Virus record (IMG/VR): IMGVR_UViG_3300037245_000940 | Span: 1-57,686 of that record | From: a virus | Taxonomy: Duplodnaviria > Caudoviricetes | DNA length: 57,686 nt | Reading direction: 5' to 3' (one strand) | Translations under genes and position numbers: made by a program | Notes under the pieces: generated by a model | The model's database searches: none | Told to the model about the DNA's origin: nothing | What the model saw: only the letters and a program-made list of their open reading frames with translations | Part shown: positions 1 to 9,349 of the stretch, piece after piece | Layout of the letters: each line of letters starts with the position of its first letter | Position numbering within the stretch: the stretch's first letter is position 1

Positions 1-400
1 TGCATTTGGACTTGAATTAAAAGATGCTGAAATGGTTGCTGATAGGTTCTTTAGAATTTCACAATTAGCACAAACCTCTGTACCTCAAATAGCGCAGGCA
101 ATGAGAGAAGCATCAATAGTAGCTAAAGATATGGGCATATCTTTAGAAGACACTCTAGCTATATTAGGTACATTTGCAAAGGCTGGTGTTAAAGGTGCAA
201 TAGCTGGTACATCGTTTAGGCAGGTTTTTGTTAAACTAGCTAAACCTACTGATGAAGCACAGAAAGCACTTAATAAATATAAGATTAAACTGTTTGATAA
301 TAATGGTGAAATGAAAAATGCAGTAGATATTATTGATATACTTAGAGTTAAAACAAAGGACTTAACAAAAGAGCAACAAATAAGTTTTCAAAAGCTAGTA
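1..400 (+). repeat. Terminal repeat copy A: 1-112 identical to 57288-57399, then diverged homology to 57400-57686
   Basis: Direct comparison of the two window ends. Confidence 0.95.
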
Positions 401-1714
401 GTAGGCGAAGAAGCATATACTAAGTTAGGATTATTATTAAAGGCTGATACAAAGGTAATTAGAGAATGGTCTAAAGCTGTTTCTGAAAGCGATAAAGTTA
501 TGTTCAAGGCGTTTGATGTTCGCATATCAAGTGGCATTGAAAAACTTAACCTTATAAAGACTAGAATAGTTAATACAGCTTCAGAGATATCGTTAACATT
601 TATTCCTAAAATAAAAGAAATGGGCGAATCGTTTGATAAATGGATGACTAAAAATAAAGATAGTATAAAGGAATTCGGTACAGCCTTTTTAGAGAATATG
701 GGATGGATAATAGAAAAGATAGTTGAATATAAAGATGTTCTTATATTGGCAGGTGAAGCAGCAGCAGGATTATGGGTAGCTGGGAAAGTTATTGCTTATG
801 CAGAAGGAATAAGATTAGCCAACAGAGAGATGGCGAAATTAATAGCATTAACACTTGCTATTGGAGAAGGTAAAGCTGGTGGTGCATTTCTTCGTAAATT
901 AGGCCCTTTAGTTGCTGGCGTATTGGCAACTATAGGGCTCCCTGCTGTTGTGGTAACAGCCGTAGGTGCAGCAGCTATAGAAGGTACTTCTTTTGCTGCT
1001 GGTAAAATAATAGACGAAAAGCTAAAAAACGAGCTAGCTACAACAGACAAAAAAAAGAGGGTTGAACTTGAACATCAAGCTTTTAAAATAATATCTGATA
1101 TATTCAGTGCAAGTATAGGACAAACCTTAGGTGGTTCTAAATTTTCAGTATCAGAGAGAACAGAACAGTTAAAAGGATTAAGTCCTAAAAATAAAAAATT
1201 GATAGAATCATTTATTTTTGGTGGTGAAGAATTTAAAACATTGGGATTTAGTAGCAGGTTCACGAGTCAAGAGATAGATGATTTAGTAATAGCATATGCT
1301 GAAGCAAATGAAAAGCTAGTTAAAGTATCAAAGGACACAGGCAAAACAGCAGGCTCCGAATTTGCAAAATCATTCGGTAAATCGTTAAAAGATAACTTAG
1401 CATTCTTACATCCTGGTTTTGACAAAGCAGTATTAAGTAACTTCCAAAAGTTCTTAACAGGACAGTTAAACACAACTGCTAATCCAACAGGTGCGCTTGC
1501 ATCTATCCTTGGTAGAAAATCTATCTTAGAAAGCACAGGGGAAACAACAGGTGTTAATAATATAAATCAAGGTGGTAATAACGTACAAGTAACAAAAAAC
1601 TATAATATACAATCGAATGATCCTATAGGTCTTATAAAAGGCATAGAGGATATGGAAAAAGAATTAGCTTTTGATTTAGCCACTAGTCAACTAGCTACAG
1701 ACTTTGGGCAATAA
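2..1714 (+). CDS. Tail tape measure protein, C-terminal portion (5' partial; continues from window end)
   Basis: Frame is open from nt 2 (AFGLELKDAEMVADRFF...). TP901-type tape-measure motifs (SLEDTLAILG..AKAGVKG..AGTSFR..L..PT.EA..AL; LFD.NGEMK). Lies upstream of baseplate genes. Confidence 0.9.
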   Translation, partial: AFGLELKDAEMVADRFFRISQLAQTSVPQIAQAMREASIVAKDMGISLEDTLAILGTFAKAGVKGAIAGTSFRQVFVKLAKPTDEAQKALNKYKIKLFDNNGEMKNAVDIIDILRVKTKDLTKEQQISFQKLVVGEEAYTKLGLLLKADTKVIREWSKAVSESDKVMFKAFDVRISSGIEKLNLIKTRIVNTASEISLTFIPKIKEMGESFDKWMTKNKDSIKEFGTAFLENMGWIIEKIVEYKDVLILAGEAAAGLWVAGKVIAYAEGIRLANREMAKLIALTLAIGEGKAGGAFLRKLGPLVAGVLATIGLPAVVVTAVGAAAIEGTSFAAGKIIDEKLKNELATTDKKKRVELEHQAFKIISDIFSASIGQTLGGSKFSVSERTEQLKGLSPKNKKLIESFIFGGEEFKTLGFSSRFTSQEIDDLVIAYAEANEKLVKVSKDTGKTAGSEFAKSFGKSLKDNLAFLHPGFDKAVLSNFQKFLTGQLNTTANPTGALASILGRKSILESTGETTGVNNINQGGNNVQVTKNYNIQSNDPIGLIKGIEDMEKELAFDLATSQLATDFGQ

Positions 1715-1716
1715 TA

Positions 1717-2379
1717 ATGTCAGTATCATTATTAATACACGTACCGATAAACGTGCAATTTAAGGAAGCAGGACTTAAGGATAATGCCCCTGGTCCTCTT
1801 GACGCTTTGATAGGTGCGTTTATTCCTGGTGATGCTGAAGGTGTTATTTTACAGCTTGATGCAAGTATCAATGAGAATCATTCGTTTTCAAGTAACATTA
1901 CAGAGCATCCTATAGAAAATAATTCTGTTATTTCCGATCATGTAATACTGCGCCCTCGGCTTCTGCATATCGAGGGTACAGTTACAGATACCCCTGTACA
2001 ATTTCTTTCTGTATTGACTACAGGCTCGCTAGGTAATGTAGGCGGTCAATCGTTATCACCGTCACTACAGAGTTGGCAGACGCTCCTGCACTTGTGGATA
2101 GATCGAATCCCATTTGATGTTGTTACTGGTAAAGATTTTTACAAGAACATGATAATCAGAACAGTCAACAGCCAAGCTAATGCTATGATAGGTAGACAGA
2201 ATAAATTTTCCATAGAATTACAACAGTTACAAATTGTAGAAACCGATGTAGATTTTAACGAGAATAGTATATTAGCAACAGACGCTGAATTAGGATATTT
2301 ATCTAATCAAATTCCTAGTGCTACTGCAATATTGCAAGCTACTGCATTCTTAACGTTAATCGGATTGGATTTAATATAA
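1717..2379 (+). CDS. Baseplate/tail-tube initiator (Dit-like) protein
   Basis: LDASINENHSFSSNITEHPIEN.SVISDH motif typical of myophage genes directly after tape measure; synteny. Confidence 0.75.
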   Translation: MSVSLLIHVPINVQFKEAGLKDNAPGPLDALIGAFIPGDAEGVILQLDASINENHSFSSNITEHPIENNSVISDHVILRPRLLHIEGTVTDTPVQFLSVLTTGSLGNVGGQSLSPSLQSWQTLLHLWIDRIPFDVVTGKDFYKNMIIRTVNSQANAMIGRQNKFSIELQQLQIVETDVDFNENSILATDAELGYLSNQIPSATAILQATAFLTLIGLDLI

Positions 2380-2708
2380 TGGCTAATGTAGAGCTACCGA
2401 TTAATCCATTAATACCTAAGCAGAATCTTGATGTATTATTAAGTAAAAAAAGATACAAAATAAATGCAAGGTGGAACACTAGAGACGAATCATGGTATAT
2501 GGGATTATCCACAATAGCTAATAAGGTAATATTTCCACCTGTAAAAGTATTACCTGGATGGATACCATTTAGGCAATTATTAAATCCAATAGCACCTATT
2601 GGAAGGTTCTTTGTTACAGATACAATAACCGAAAACGTACCTCCGGGTAAGTTTGATCTTGGTATAGGTGCAAGAGTAAGGATTAATTACATAGATGAAA
2701 CTGTTTGA
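2379..2708 (+). CDS. Baseplate plug-like protein
   Basis: 109 aa, RWNTRDESWYM motif, position between Dit-like and hub genes, TAATG coupling. Confidence 0.65.
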   Translation: MANVELPINPLIPKQNLDVLLSKKRYKINARWNTRDESWYMGLSTIANKVIFPPVKVLPGWIPFRQLLNPIAPIGRFFVTDTITENVPPGKFDLGIGARVRINYIDETV

Positions 2709-3645
2709 TAGAAAAATAGCAGTAGTAATAGAATCAGAGGTAGGTAACAAAGACGTTGTTATTATGCCTGATACTGTTCGCATATCTTTCACAGTTTCAA
2801 AAACTCCTTTATCTTCGCCTAATAAATTAAACGTTGTAATATATAATCTAAAACCAGACACAAGAAAAAAAATAAAAAAGACAGGTGTTATAGTTACTGT
2901 TCTAGCATCATATAAGGATGAATGCGTTGATAGTAATGGTAATATAGACATTGATAAAATGAAAATTGTTTCAAGGTCTGACGTTGTTAGTATTAGGCAT
3001 ATAAGATCAGGAGTTAACTTTGAGACTAGAATAAATGGCGTAGAAGGATATTATGCTTATAGAGCATCTTTCGTTAATGAATCGTTAAGTCCTGGTGTAA
3101 AAATTCAAGATGTTTTTGATAAGCTTGTACAATCGTTTGCACCTACTCAGATTGATGATAGTGGCAGTTTGATTAACAGAGGATTTGGTATATATTCAGA
3201 AGTTGACAACGTAATAATAAGTAACATTGCAGAAGCTAAAAGTTCTAAGTTATCTAAATTATTAAAAGTTTATAACACTGAGTTTATTAATGGCGTTACA
3301 TTGTCAGGATTAACTTTTGAGATATTAGATGAATTAACATTAAGGCATAATTTAATATGGTTTTTAGATAATAACATATTATACATATTACAAGAAGATG
3401 GATCAATAGAAAACGAACCGTTAACTATAAATAAAAATAACGGTTTAATAGGAAGTCCTGTATTGGGTGAAAATGGAGTACTAGACTTTAATAATTTATT
3501 AGATACTAGATTATCTATATGGTCTATACAAAATTTAGACACTGATATCTATAGTGGTTTCTATAAAATAGGCTCAGTAACAATGGTAGGCGATAATTAT
3601 AGTAATAATTATTATTCTTCATGTAAAGCAATACAGGTTTTATAA
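2695..3645 (+). CDS. Baseplate hub protein
   Basis: RISFTVSKT...PN...IYNL and NGLIGSP motifs; synteny. Confidence 0.7.
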   Translation: MKLFDRKIAVVIESEVGNKDVVIMPDTVRISFTVSKTPLSSPNKLNVVIYNLKPDTRKKIKKTGVIVTVLASYKDECVDSNGNIDIDKMKIVSRSDVVSIRHIRSGVNFETRINGVEGYYAYRASFVNESLSPGVKIQDVFDKLVQSFAPTQIDDSGSLINRGFGIYSEVDNVIISNIAEAKSSKLSKLLKVYNTEFINGVTLSGLTFEILDELTLRHNLIWFLDNNILYILQEDGSIENEPLTINKNNGLIGSPVLGENGVLDFNNLLDTRLSIWSIQNLDTDIYSGFYKIGSVTMVGDNYSNNYYSSCKAIQVL

Positions 3646-4436
3646 TGAGTAGTTTCACTGATTATTTCAAAAACAACCTAAGTGATCCTATAAAAGATTA
3701 CGTTAATAATAAATTGGCTAGCATGATAGTTATGCAACCTGGAAAGATATTAACATACGATCCTGAAACAAGGTTAGCAAGTATACAATTATTATTAAAA
3801 AATTCTATTAATATAGACAACAAAGAACCTGTAGAAGTTAAACCCCTTGTCAATGTACCAGTTTATCATATGAAAGGTTTAACAACCTTTTTTAAAATAC
3901 CTATAGAAGAAGGCGTAGGGGTTAGTGTTATCTTCTTTGACAAGAGCATTGATAACTGGTTATCTTCTAGCTTTGGCGATGTAATAGATAGTCAGGATAC
4001 AAGGAAGCATAATTTCTCTGATGCCTTCGCTATTCCTGGTTTATATTCAGCGAAAGTTTTAGAACCTGATACAGAGAACGAAGATATCCGAATGGGTGAT
4101 ATTGATGAATTGGCAGGCAAAAATTCGCAGATAAAAATAAAAAAAAATGGCGATATAAACCTTGAACTTTTAGACCCGAATGTGTTAAGATTGGGCAGTG
4201 AAAGTGCTACTATTCCTATTGCTTTAGGTACTGGCACTAAGGCTATGATAGGTCAGATTACAAATACTATTTTATCTGATATTGATACATGGGTAAAGGC
4301 AGCAAATACTATAAGTGGCGGTGGTTTCGATCCTGCTACAATAGCTTTATATACAACGTCTGTACAACCTTTATTGATAGCATGGGCACAATATATGAAT
4401 CAAATAGAATCAGTAAAAGTAAAGGCTGAAAAGTAA
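3645..4436 (+). CDS. Baseplate central spike (Gp138/gpV-like N-terminal domain)
   Basis: PGKI..YDP...ASIQ, LVNVPV, FFDKSIDNW, RKHNFSDAFAIPG motifs. Confidence 0.8.
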   Translation: MSSFTDYFKNNLSDPIKDYVNNKLASMIVMQPGKILTYDPETRLASIQLLLKNSINIDNKEPVEVKPLVNVPVYHMKGLTTFFKIPIEEGVGVSVIFFDKSIDNWLSSSFGDVIDSQDTRKHNFSDAFAIPGLYSAKVLEPDTENEDIRMGDIDELAGKNSQIKIKKNGDINLELLDPNVLRLGSESATIPIALGTGTKAMIGQITNTILSDIDTWVKAANTISGGGFDPATIALYTTSVQPLLIAWAQYMNQIESVKVKAEK

Positions 4437-4816
4437 TGCCAGCATTAGATATCGATATAAAACTAGAAGCAATAGGATCTATATACGATATAGTTTTTAA
4501 TGGTAGTGATATAGAAATAGCTGAAGATATTGTAGTTACTAATCAACGTTTTTTAATAGAGTTTTCTACGAACATACAAGAGTGGTTTTACGATGTTAAC
4601 TTAGGTTTACCATGGTTGACAGATTTCTTTGGTGAAAGTGCAAACAGGGTGACGTCAAACGCTTTTGTAATTGCAGGTTTAAATTCTATCACAGGTGTTA
4701 ATAGTATTATTTCAGGACCGACTTTTAATCTTGATGATAATAGGCTATCTGATTTGACTGTAGAGGTTGGCACTATATACGGTAGCACTATCTTAGAATT
4801 AGGAGCAATAGAATAA
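4436..4816 (+). CDS. Sheath initiator / gp25-like baseplate wedge protein
   Basis: EWFYDVNLGLPW motif and C-terminal TIYG; synteny. Confidence 0.7.
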   Translation: MPALDIDIKLEAIGSIYDIVFNGSDIEIAEDIVVTNQRFLIEFSTNIQEWFYDVNLGLPWLTDFFGESANRVTSNAFVIAGLNSITGVNSIISGPTFNLDDNRLSDLTVEVGTIYGSTILELGAIE

Positions 4817-6306
4817 TGGCTTTTGGAATAACACCACAAGGATTTATATTAAAGCAATTCACAGATATACGAGATGAATTGTTAGAAGTTTACAGAGCAA
4901 GTCAAGAATTAGGTCCAGGAACATCATTTGATAGTAATAAAGTATTATCACAAATAGTAATACCTATAGTTGAAGCTGTTGCAAACGTATGGGAGTTGGG
5001 GCAGGGTACTTATAACTCTTTTAATCCTGATAACGCTACTGGTACATCGTTAGATGACAATTGCGCTATCATAGGAATAGAACGAAAACCAGCTACAAAT
5101 ACTACTGTTGTAGACGTAAGGTTGTTTGGTACATATGGAAGTTTAATTGATGCAGGCTCAATAGTATCGAACGATATCAACGGTGAAAACTTTACATTAG
5201 ATACTGATATTACAATAGGTCCAAGTGGCTATGCTGATGGTGATTTTACAGCATCGTCAACAGGACCGATAGAATGTAATTCAGGTACACTTACTATCAT
5301 TAGAAGCCCTACAAGTGGTTGGGACAGTGTTAGTAATCCTGAAGATGGTGTATTAGGTAGCGATATAGAAACAGACCCTGCATTAAGATTAAGACGATTA
5401 CAGAGTTTGCAGTTAGCAGGTAGGTCTACAATAGGAGGTATATTCTCTAACATATTACAGGCTGTAGACAATGTATCTGCTGTTACTGTAATAGAGAACG
5501 ATGGTGACGTATCTGATTCAGACGGTAGACCGCCACACAGTTTTGAAGCGATTGTATTAGGTGGTGAAGATCAAGATATATTAGATAAGATATTAGAGGT
5601 TAAAGCTGCTGGTATCCAAACAGCAGCAACAGGTGATAATCAGGTTACTGGATTAGCTACAGATATACAAGGTATAAATCATACTATTAACTTTAGCAGA
5701 CCTACAGAAAAAGATGTTTATTTTCATATAGAAATAGGTGTAGATACTGCAAACTTTAATGTAGGATCAAAGCAGGATGAAAAAGTAACAGTAGAAAACG
5801 ATACAGAAGTATCGTATACTTCAATAGTAAATGGAGAATCAAGAACGTTTGTTAATGCTGCTAGTACAAAACAAGAGATAGCTGAAGGATTAACAGACGC
5901 TATCAATAATGGGTTATGGTTGCCTGTAACTGCTGTTTACGTACCAGGGAATGAATACTTCAATATCATATCAGACTATGAAGGTAATGTATTTACACTC
6001 TCAGTATCAGACCCTGTTGATTTGACTATAGATCAGATAACTCAGAATACGGGCGATCAGCCTACAATCGAAGATGCTGTATTAGATCAGTCTGAAATTA
6101 TTCAAGGAATCGGTGATAATTTAATATTAACAAAATATTACGGTCCTATAAATAGTGGAAGTCCATACATATTCAATATTACAATAAGAGCATCTGAAAC
6201 ACGGTGGCCTATTAGTGGTCCTACAGGTAGCGAAGTTAATCTTATTGCTAACGCTTCTGATTTATTTGTTTTTGATACTGCTAGAACTACAATTGAGATT
6301 GTATAA
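4816..6306 (+). CDS. Baseplate J/gp47-like wedge protein with an internal inserted domain
   Basis: FGITPQGF, ATGTSLD...GIERKPAT, G.DIETDPALRLR, PPHSFEAIVLGG, KAAGIQT, INFSRP motifs. Confidence 0.9.
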   Translation: MAFGITPQGFILKQFTDIRDELLEVYRASQELGPGTSFDSNKVLSQIVIPIVEAVANVWELGQGTYNSFNPDNATGTSLDDNCAIIGIERKPATNTTVVDVRLFGTYGSLIDAGSIVSNDINGENFTLDTDITIGPSGYADGDFTASSTGPIECNSGTLTIIRSPTSGWDSVSNPEDGVLGSDIETDPALRLRRLQSLQLAGRSTIGGIFSNILQAVDNVSAVTVIENDGDVSDSDGRPPHSFEAIVLGGEDQDILDKILEVKAAGIQTAATGDNQVTGLATDIQGINHTINFSRPTEKDVYFHIEIGVDTANFNVGSKQDEKVTVENDTEVSYTSIVNGESRTFVNAASTKQEIAEGLTDAINNGLWLPVTAVYVPGNEYFNIISDYEGNVFTLSVSDPVDLTIDQITQNTGDQPTIEDAVLDQSEIIQGIGDNLILTKYYGPINSGSPYIFNITIRASETRWPISGPTGSEVNLIANASDLFVFDTARTTIEIV

Positions 6307-6869
6307 TGAGCATAAAGCCAACAGAAAAAGATTATATTGAAAGGGTTACCGATGGTTCTATAGAGCTATTTAGAAATAGTCCTGTTTTCAATACAATAAT
6401 AAATGGGATATTAGATCAAGTAAACGACGCTGAAGAAATGTTTTTCCAGCTACTGGACGAACGATCAATAGATAATGCTACAGGTGCTACGCTTGATATC
6501 ATAGGTATAATATTAGGAAAGCAAAGATACTCACTGCAAACAGACGATTCATATAGATTAGATTTAAAATCATGGATTAGATATTTATTTTCTCAGGGTG
6601 AAATTAACACGTTAATATTTGTGTTAAAAGAATTGACTGATTCAAATACAGTTATATTGCAAGAGTATTTTCCAGGACATGTTATTATGTTATTTGATGG
6701 AACAATTCTTAATGTTGATAATCTTATATCGACTATTAATAAAACTGCTGCTGCTGGTGTTAGAGTTGATATAACTCCTTATACACCTACATCTTTTAGA
6801 TTTGATTCAGGTCCAGGTTACGATCAAGGTTTATATAGTATAACATATTCTGAACACAAATCAGAGTAA
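6306..6869 (+). CDS. Baseplate wedge protein (DUF2612-like)
   Basis: IDNATGATLDIIG.ILG..R...DDSYR and AAGV motifs; follows baseplate J. Confidence 0.8.
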   Translation: MSIKPTEKDYIERVTDGSIELFRNSPVFNTIINGILDQVNDAEEMFFQLLDERSIDNATGATLDIIGIILGKQRYSLQTDDSYRLDLKSWIRYLFSQGEINTLIFVLKELTDSNTVILQEYFPGHVIMLFDGTILNVDNLISTINKTAAAGVRVDITPYTPTSFRFDSGPGYDQGLYSITYSEHKSE

Positions 6870-6881
6870 AGGGAATATAAA

Positions 6882-9005
6882 ATGGGAACTCCTTATGATG
6901 AAGATGATGGAATACCTAATAACACTACAGAGTGGGCGTCTGATGGTTTGCATGTTTTAGAGCCTGCTGCTGGTAAAGAAGTTACAGGTTGGGTATTAAA
7001 CGATGTACCAGGATCTAATAATGAAAACTGGTTAAAGAGAAATATATACCGATGGGAAAAGTATTTCAAACGAGCACCACTTGATATCATTCAACATGGA
7101 GTTTGGGATCCTCCAAGCGTAAGCGTAGCGGGCGGTACAGGCGGTGTTGATCCAACATTCACCATTGGTTCCTTCGTTGTAGTTTCGCAAAGCGGTAAGC
7201 GTTTACCGTTCAGTGGTGGTGATTTTACACCGTCGCCATCGGCAGGGACTGTTGAACCATTGCGTGCCGATGGCGTGTTTTGGAAACTTGATGAAGTATC
7301 GAATGAATGGGAATGGGCTTATATAGAAGATGTATTTGGTGTAGGTTTTTCTTCTGTTACTTCTGAGCATCATCTTCTATTCACTGTATCAGTACAGGAA
7401 GATGCAGTAGACTACGAAATAGCAACCCCTACAGATCTTGCTATAAAGAACGCAAGAAAGTCTTCTATGGTTAAAAATCATCTTTACGTATCAGGTTCTT
7501 ACGACCCTACTAACGGTGAAGAATATGTTGGTATATTTGGCATTCAGCAAGCCATTGATAATCTTGCATCAAGGCAAGGCGGGATTGTAGAAGTCGAAGG
7601 ATCCTGGTTAGGCAAATGGGATTGGCAAGGAATAGATAAGATCAAGGTCAAATCAGGTGTCACTGTAAAAACTGAATCAGGCGCTTTGATTACTACACCT
7701 TCGACTACTTATTCTCAAGATCCTATCGACACAGTTTTTGAAATGGTAGGATACGAAGGAACGATCTATTTCAATTCTGCTACAGAGATTCAGGACGATG
7801 TAGACTTGAATCAAAACTTTGATGACTTCGGAAAACTTTCCATGGTTCAAATTTTATCAGGACCAAACGAAGGGTTTTATTTATTCCAAGATTTCTTAGT
7901 AGTCGGTGGCGATCCTTCAGATCAATTCCGAGGGGCAAAGATGACGACTCTTTATCGTGAACCTGTAGCGTTTACTGATTCTATTTCAGCGCCTTACATT
8001 GTTTGGATTATGAATTCAAATATTTTAGCAATCGGAATTGACGGATCGAAGATGCCGTTATCCGGTGGTGAATCTTTAATCAGGGCAGGATATACTTGGA
8101 ACTGTAAAATCAGAGAGAATAACTTAAGGGCTGAAAATGGTGGTGACATTGATTTTGGAATTGATCTTAGCTATGGCCCAAACCATGGACTAGGACTTGA
8201 CAATAACGAAATCATAGGAACGTTTTCACAGGGGGTAATAACAGATGAGCTACTTGAAAATGAAAGGTGTACGGTAACTGAAAACATTGTAGACCTTTCT
8301 GCATCTATAGGTATCTCCGATGGTATTACATTTAAATCAAGCGGAGCTGGAGATAACCTGATTCATGGGAATAATGTTGATGCTTCAGGTACTAAAGAGA
8401 GTTACGACTCTAGCGCAGGATGGAATGGCTACCCTGCCTTAATTGAGCATAATGAAAATGGTAGTCATAAAGCTAATATTATCGGAGTTGATGAAATTAA
8501 TGCATCGATTGCAGGTGCAGGGCTTATGGGGGGTTCTGGAAGTGCTTTGTCATTAGGCGATCAAGGCCTTTGGCTACTTGCTTCAATGTCAGTATTAGCA
8601 GATGCTTCTGGACCTCAAACAATCCCGCTTCCACCCATGCGAGAAATAGCAAAAGCAAAAGATGGTACGGACGAATCACCTGTTGCTGCTGGATACTTAG
8701 GCACAGGCGCATTTGACGTTTCCGATGGATCATACCCTTGGAATATTAGACTTGTTAGCGGCTCAGGTTCTTTCCAGATAAGGCCGCCATGTACTATGTT
8801 AGCAGGTGTTATTACTCCGAAATATGTCTCTGGAGATGTTGTTGTTAGTTGTGCTTTGATAAACAATTCGTTTATGGGGGTTTATACAATTGATTATGAT
8901 GTTACTGGTGTAGATGAAGAATATTGGCATATAACAACATTTGATATGGCAGGGGTTTCCGATCCAAAGCCATTCCAAATAACCTTCAACAAATCAACGG
9001 TGTAA
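6882..9005 (+). CDS. Tail fibre / tailspike receptor-binding protein
   Basis: N-terminal fibre anchor (GW....P...ENW), IQQAIDNL..GG beta-helix start, Asn/Gly-rich middle; last baseplate gene. Confidence 0.75.
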   Translation: MGTPYDEDDGIPNNTTEWASDGLHVLEPAAGKEVTGWVLNDVPGSNNENWLKRNIYRWEKYFKRAPLDIIQHGVWDPPSVSVAGGTGGVDPTFTIGSFVVVSQSGKRLPFSGGDFTPSPSAGTVEPLRADGVFWKLDEVSNEWEWAYIEDVFGVGFSSVTSEHHLLFTVSVQEDAVDYEIATPTDLAIKNARKSSMVKNHLYVSGSYDPTNGEEYVGIFGIQQAIDNLASRQGGIVEVEGSWLGKWDWQGIDKIKVKSGVTVKTESGALITTPSTTYSQDPIDTVFEMVGYEGTIYFNSATEIQDDVDLNQNFDDFGKLSMVQILSGPNEGFYLFQDFLVVGGDPSDQFRGAKMTTLYREPVAFTDSISAPYIVWIMNSNILAIGIDGSKMPLSGGESLIRAGYTWNCKIRENNLRAENGGDIDFGIDLSYGPNHGLGLDNNEIIGTFSQGVITDELLENERCTVTENIVDLSASIGISDGITFKSSGAGDNLIHGNNVDASGTKESYDSSAGWNGYPALIEHNENGSHKANIIGVDEINASIAGAGLMGGSGSALSLGDQGLWLLASMSVLADASGPQTIPLPPMREIAKAKDGTDESPVAAGYLGTGAFDVSDGSYPWNIRLVSGSGSFQIRPPCTMLAGVITPKYVSGDVVVSCALINNSFMGVYTIDYDVTGVDEEYWHITTFDMAGVSDPKPFQITFNKSTV

Positions 9006-9010
9006 TAACA

Positions 9011-9349
9011 ATGTCCGAACTACAAGCAGTAAAATTTATCTCTGAGTTATTATCTAAAGTTGATCCTGCTTTATCTTACACATTTATAACAGTTGTAGCA
9101 CTAATAGTATTATCATCTAGGTTTAAAAAGTGGCTAGACAAGAACCTAGAAACAAGAGTAGATAGCACTGTATATGAAGTGCTACGTGATAGATGCGCAG
9201 TTGACAGGGTTAATTGCGATGGTAGATTTAAGCTTATACACGATGAAATCAAACAGGTAAAAGATACTGTTATATATCATGCGCCAAATGGTGAACTACA
9301 AAAGATACTAGAAAAAGTTTCGAATATGGAGAAGGCGCTAACTAAATGA
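9011..9349 (+). CDS. Small single-TM membrane protein, possible holin-like
   Basis: Hydrophobic segment YTFITVVALIVL followed by basic residues and a coiled-coil; position after the fibre. Confidence 0.4.
   Translation: MSELQAVKFISELLSKVDPALSYTFITVVALIVLSSRFKKWLDKNLETRVDSTVYEVLRDRCAVDRVNCDGRFKLIHDEIKQVKDTVIYHAPNGELQKILEKVSNMEKALTK

Noticed and set aside
1-112. Physical direct terminal repeat of the virion DNA
   Set aside because: It lies mid-gene and the second copy is not at the very end of the contig; more likely an assembly overlap or internal duplication
6882-9005. Diversity-generating retroelement targeting the fibre
   Set aside because: No reverse transcriptase ORF and no template/variable repeat pair seen; the terminal tape-measure repeat differs at all base types, not only adenines
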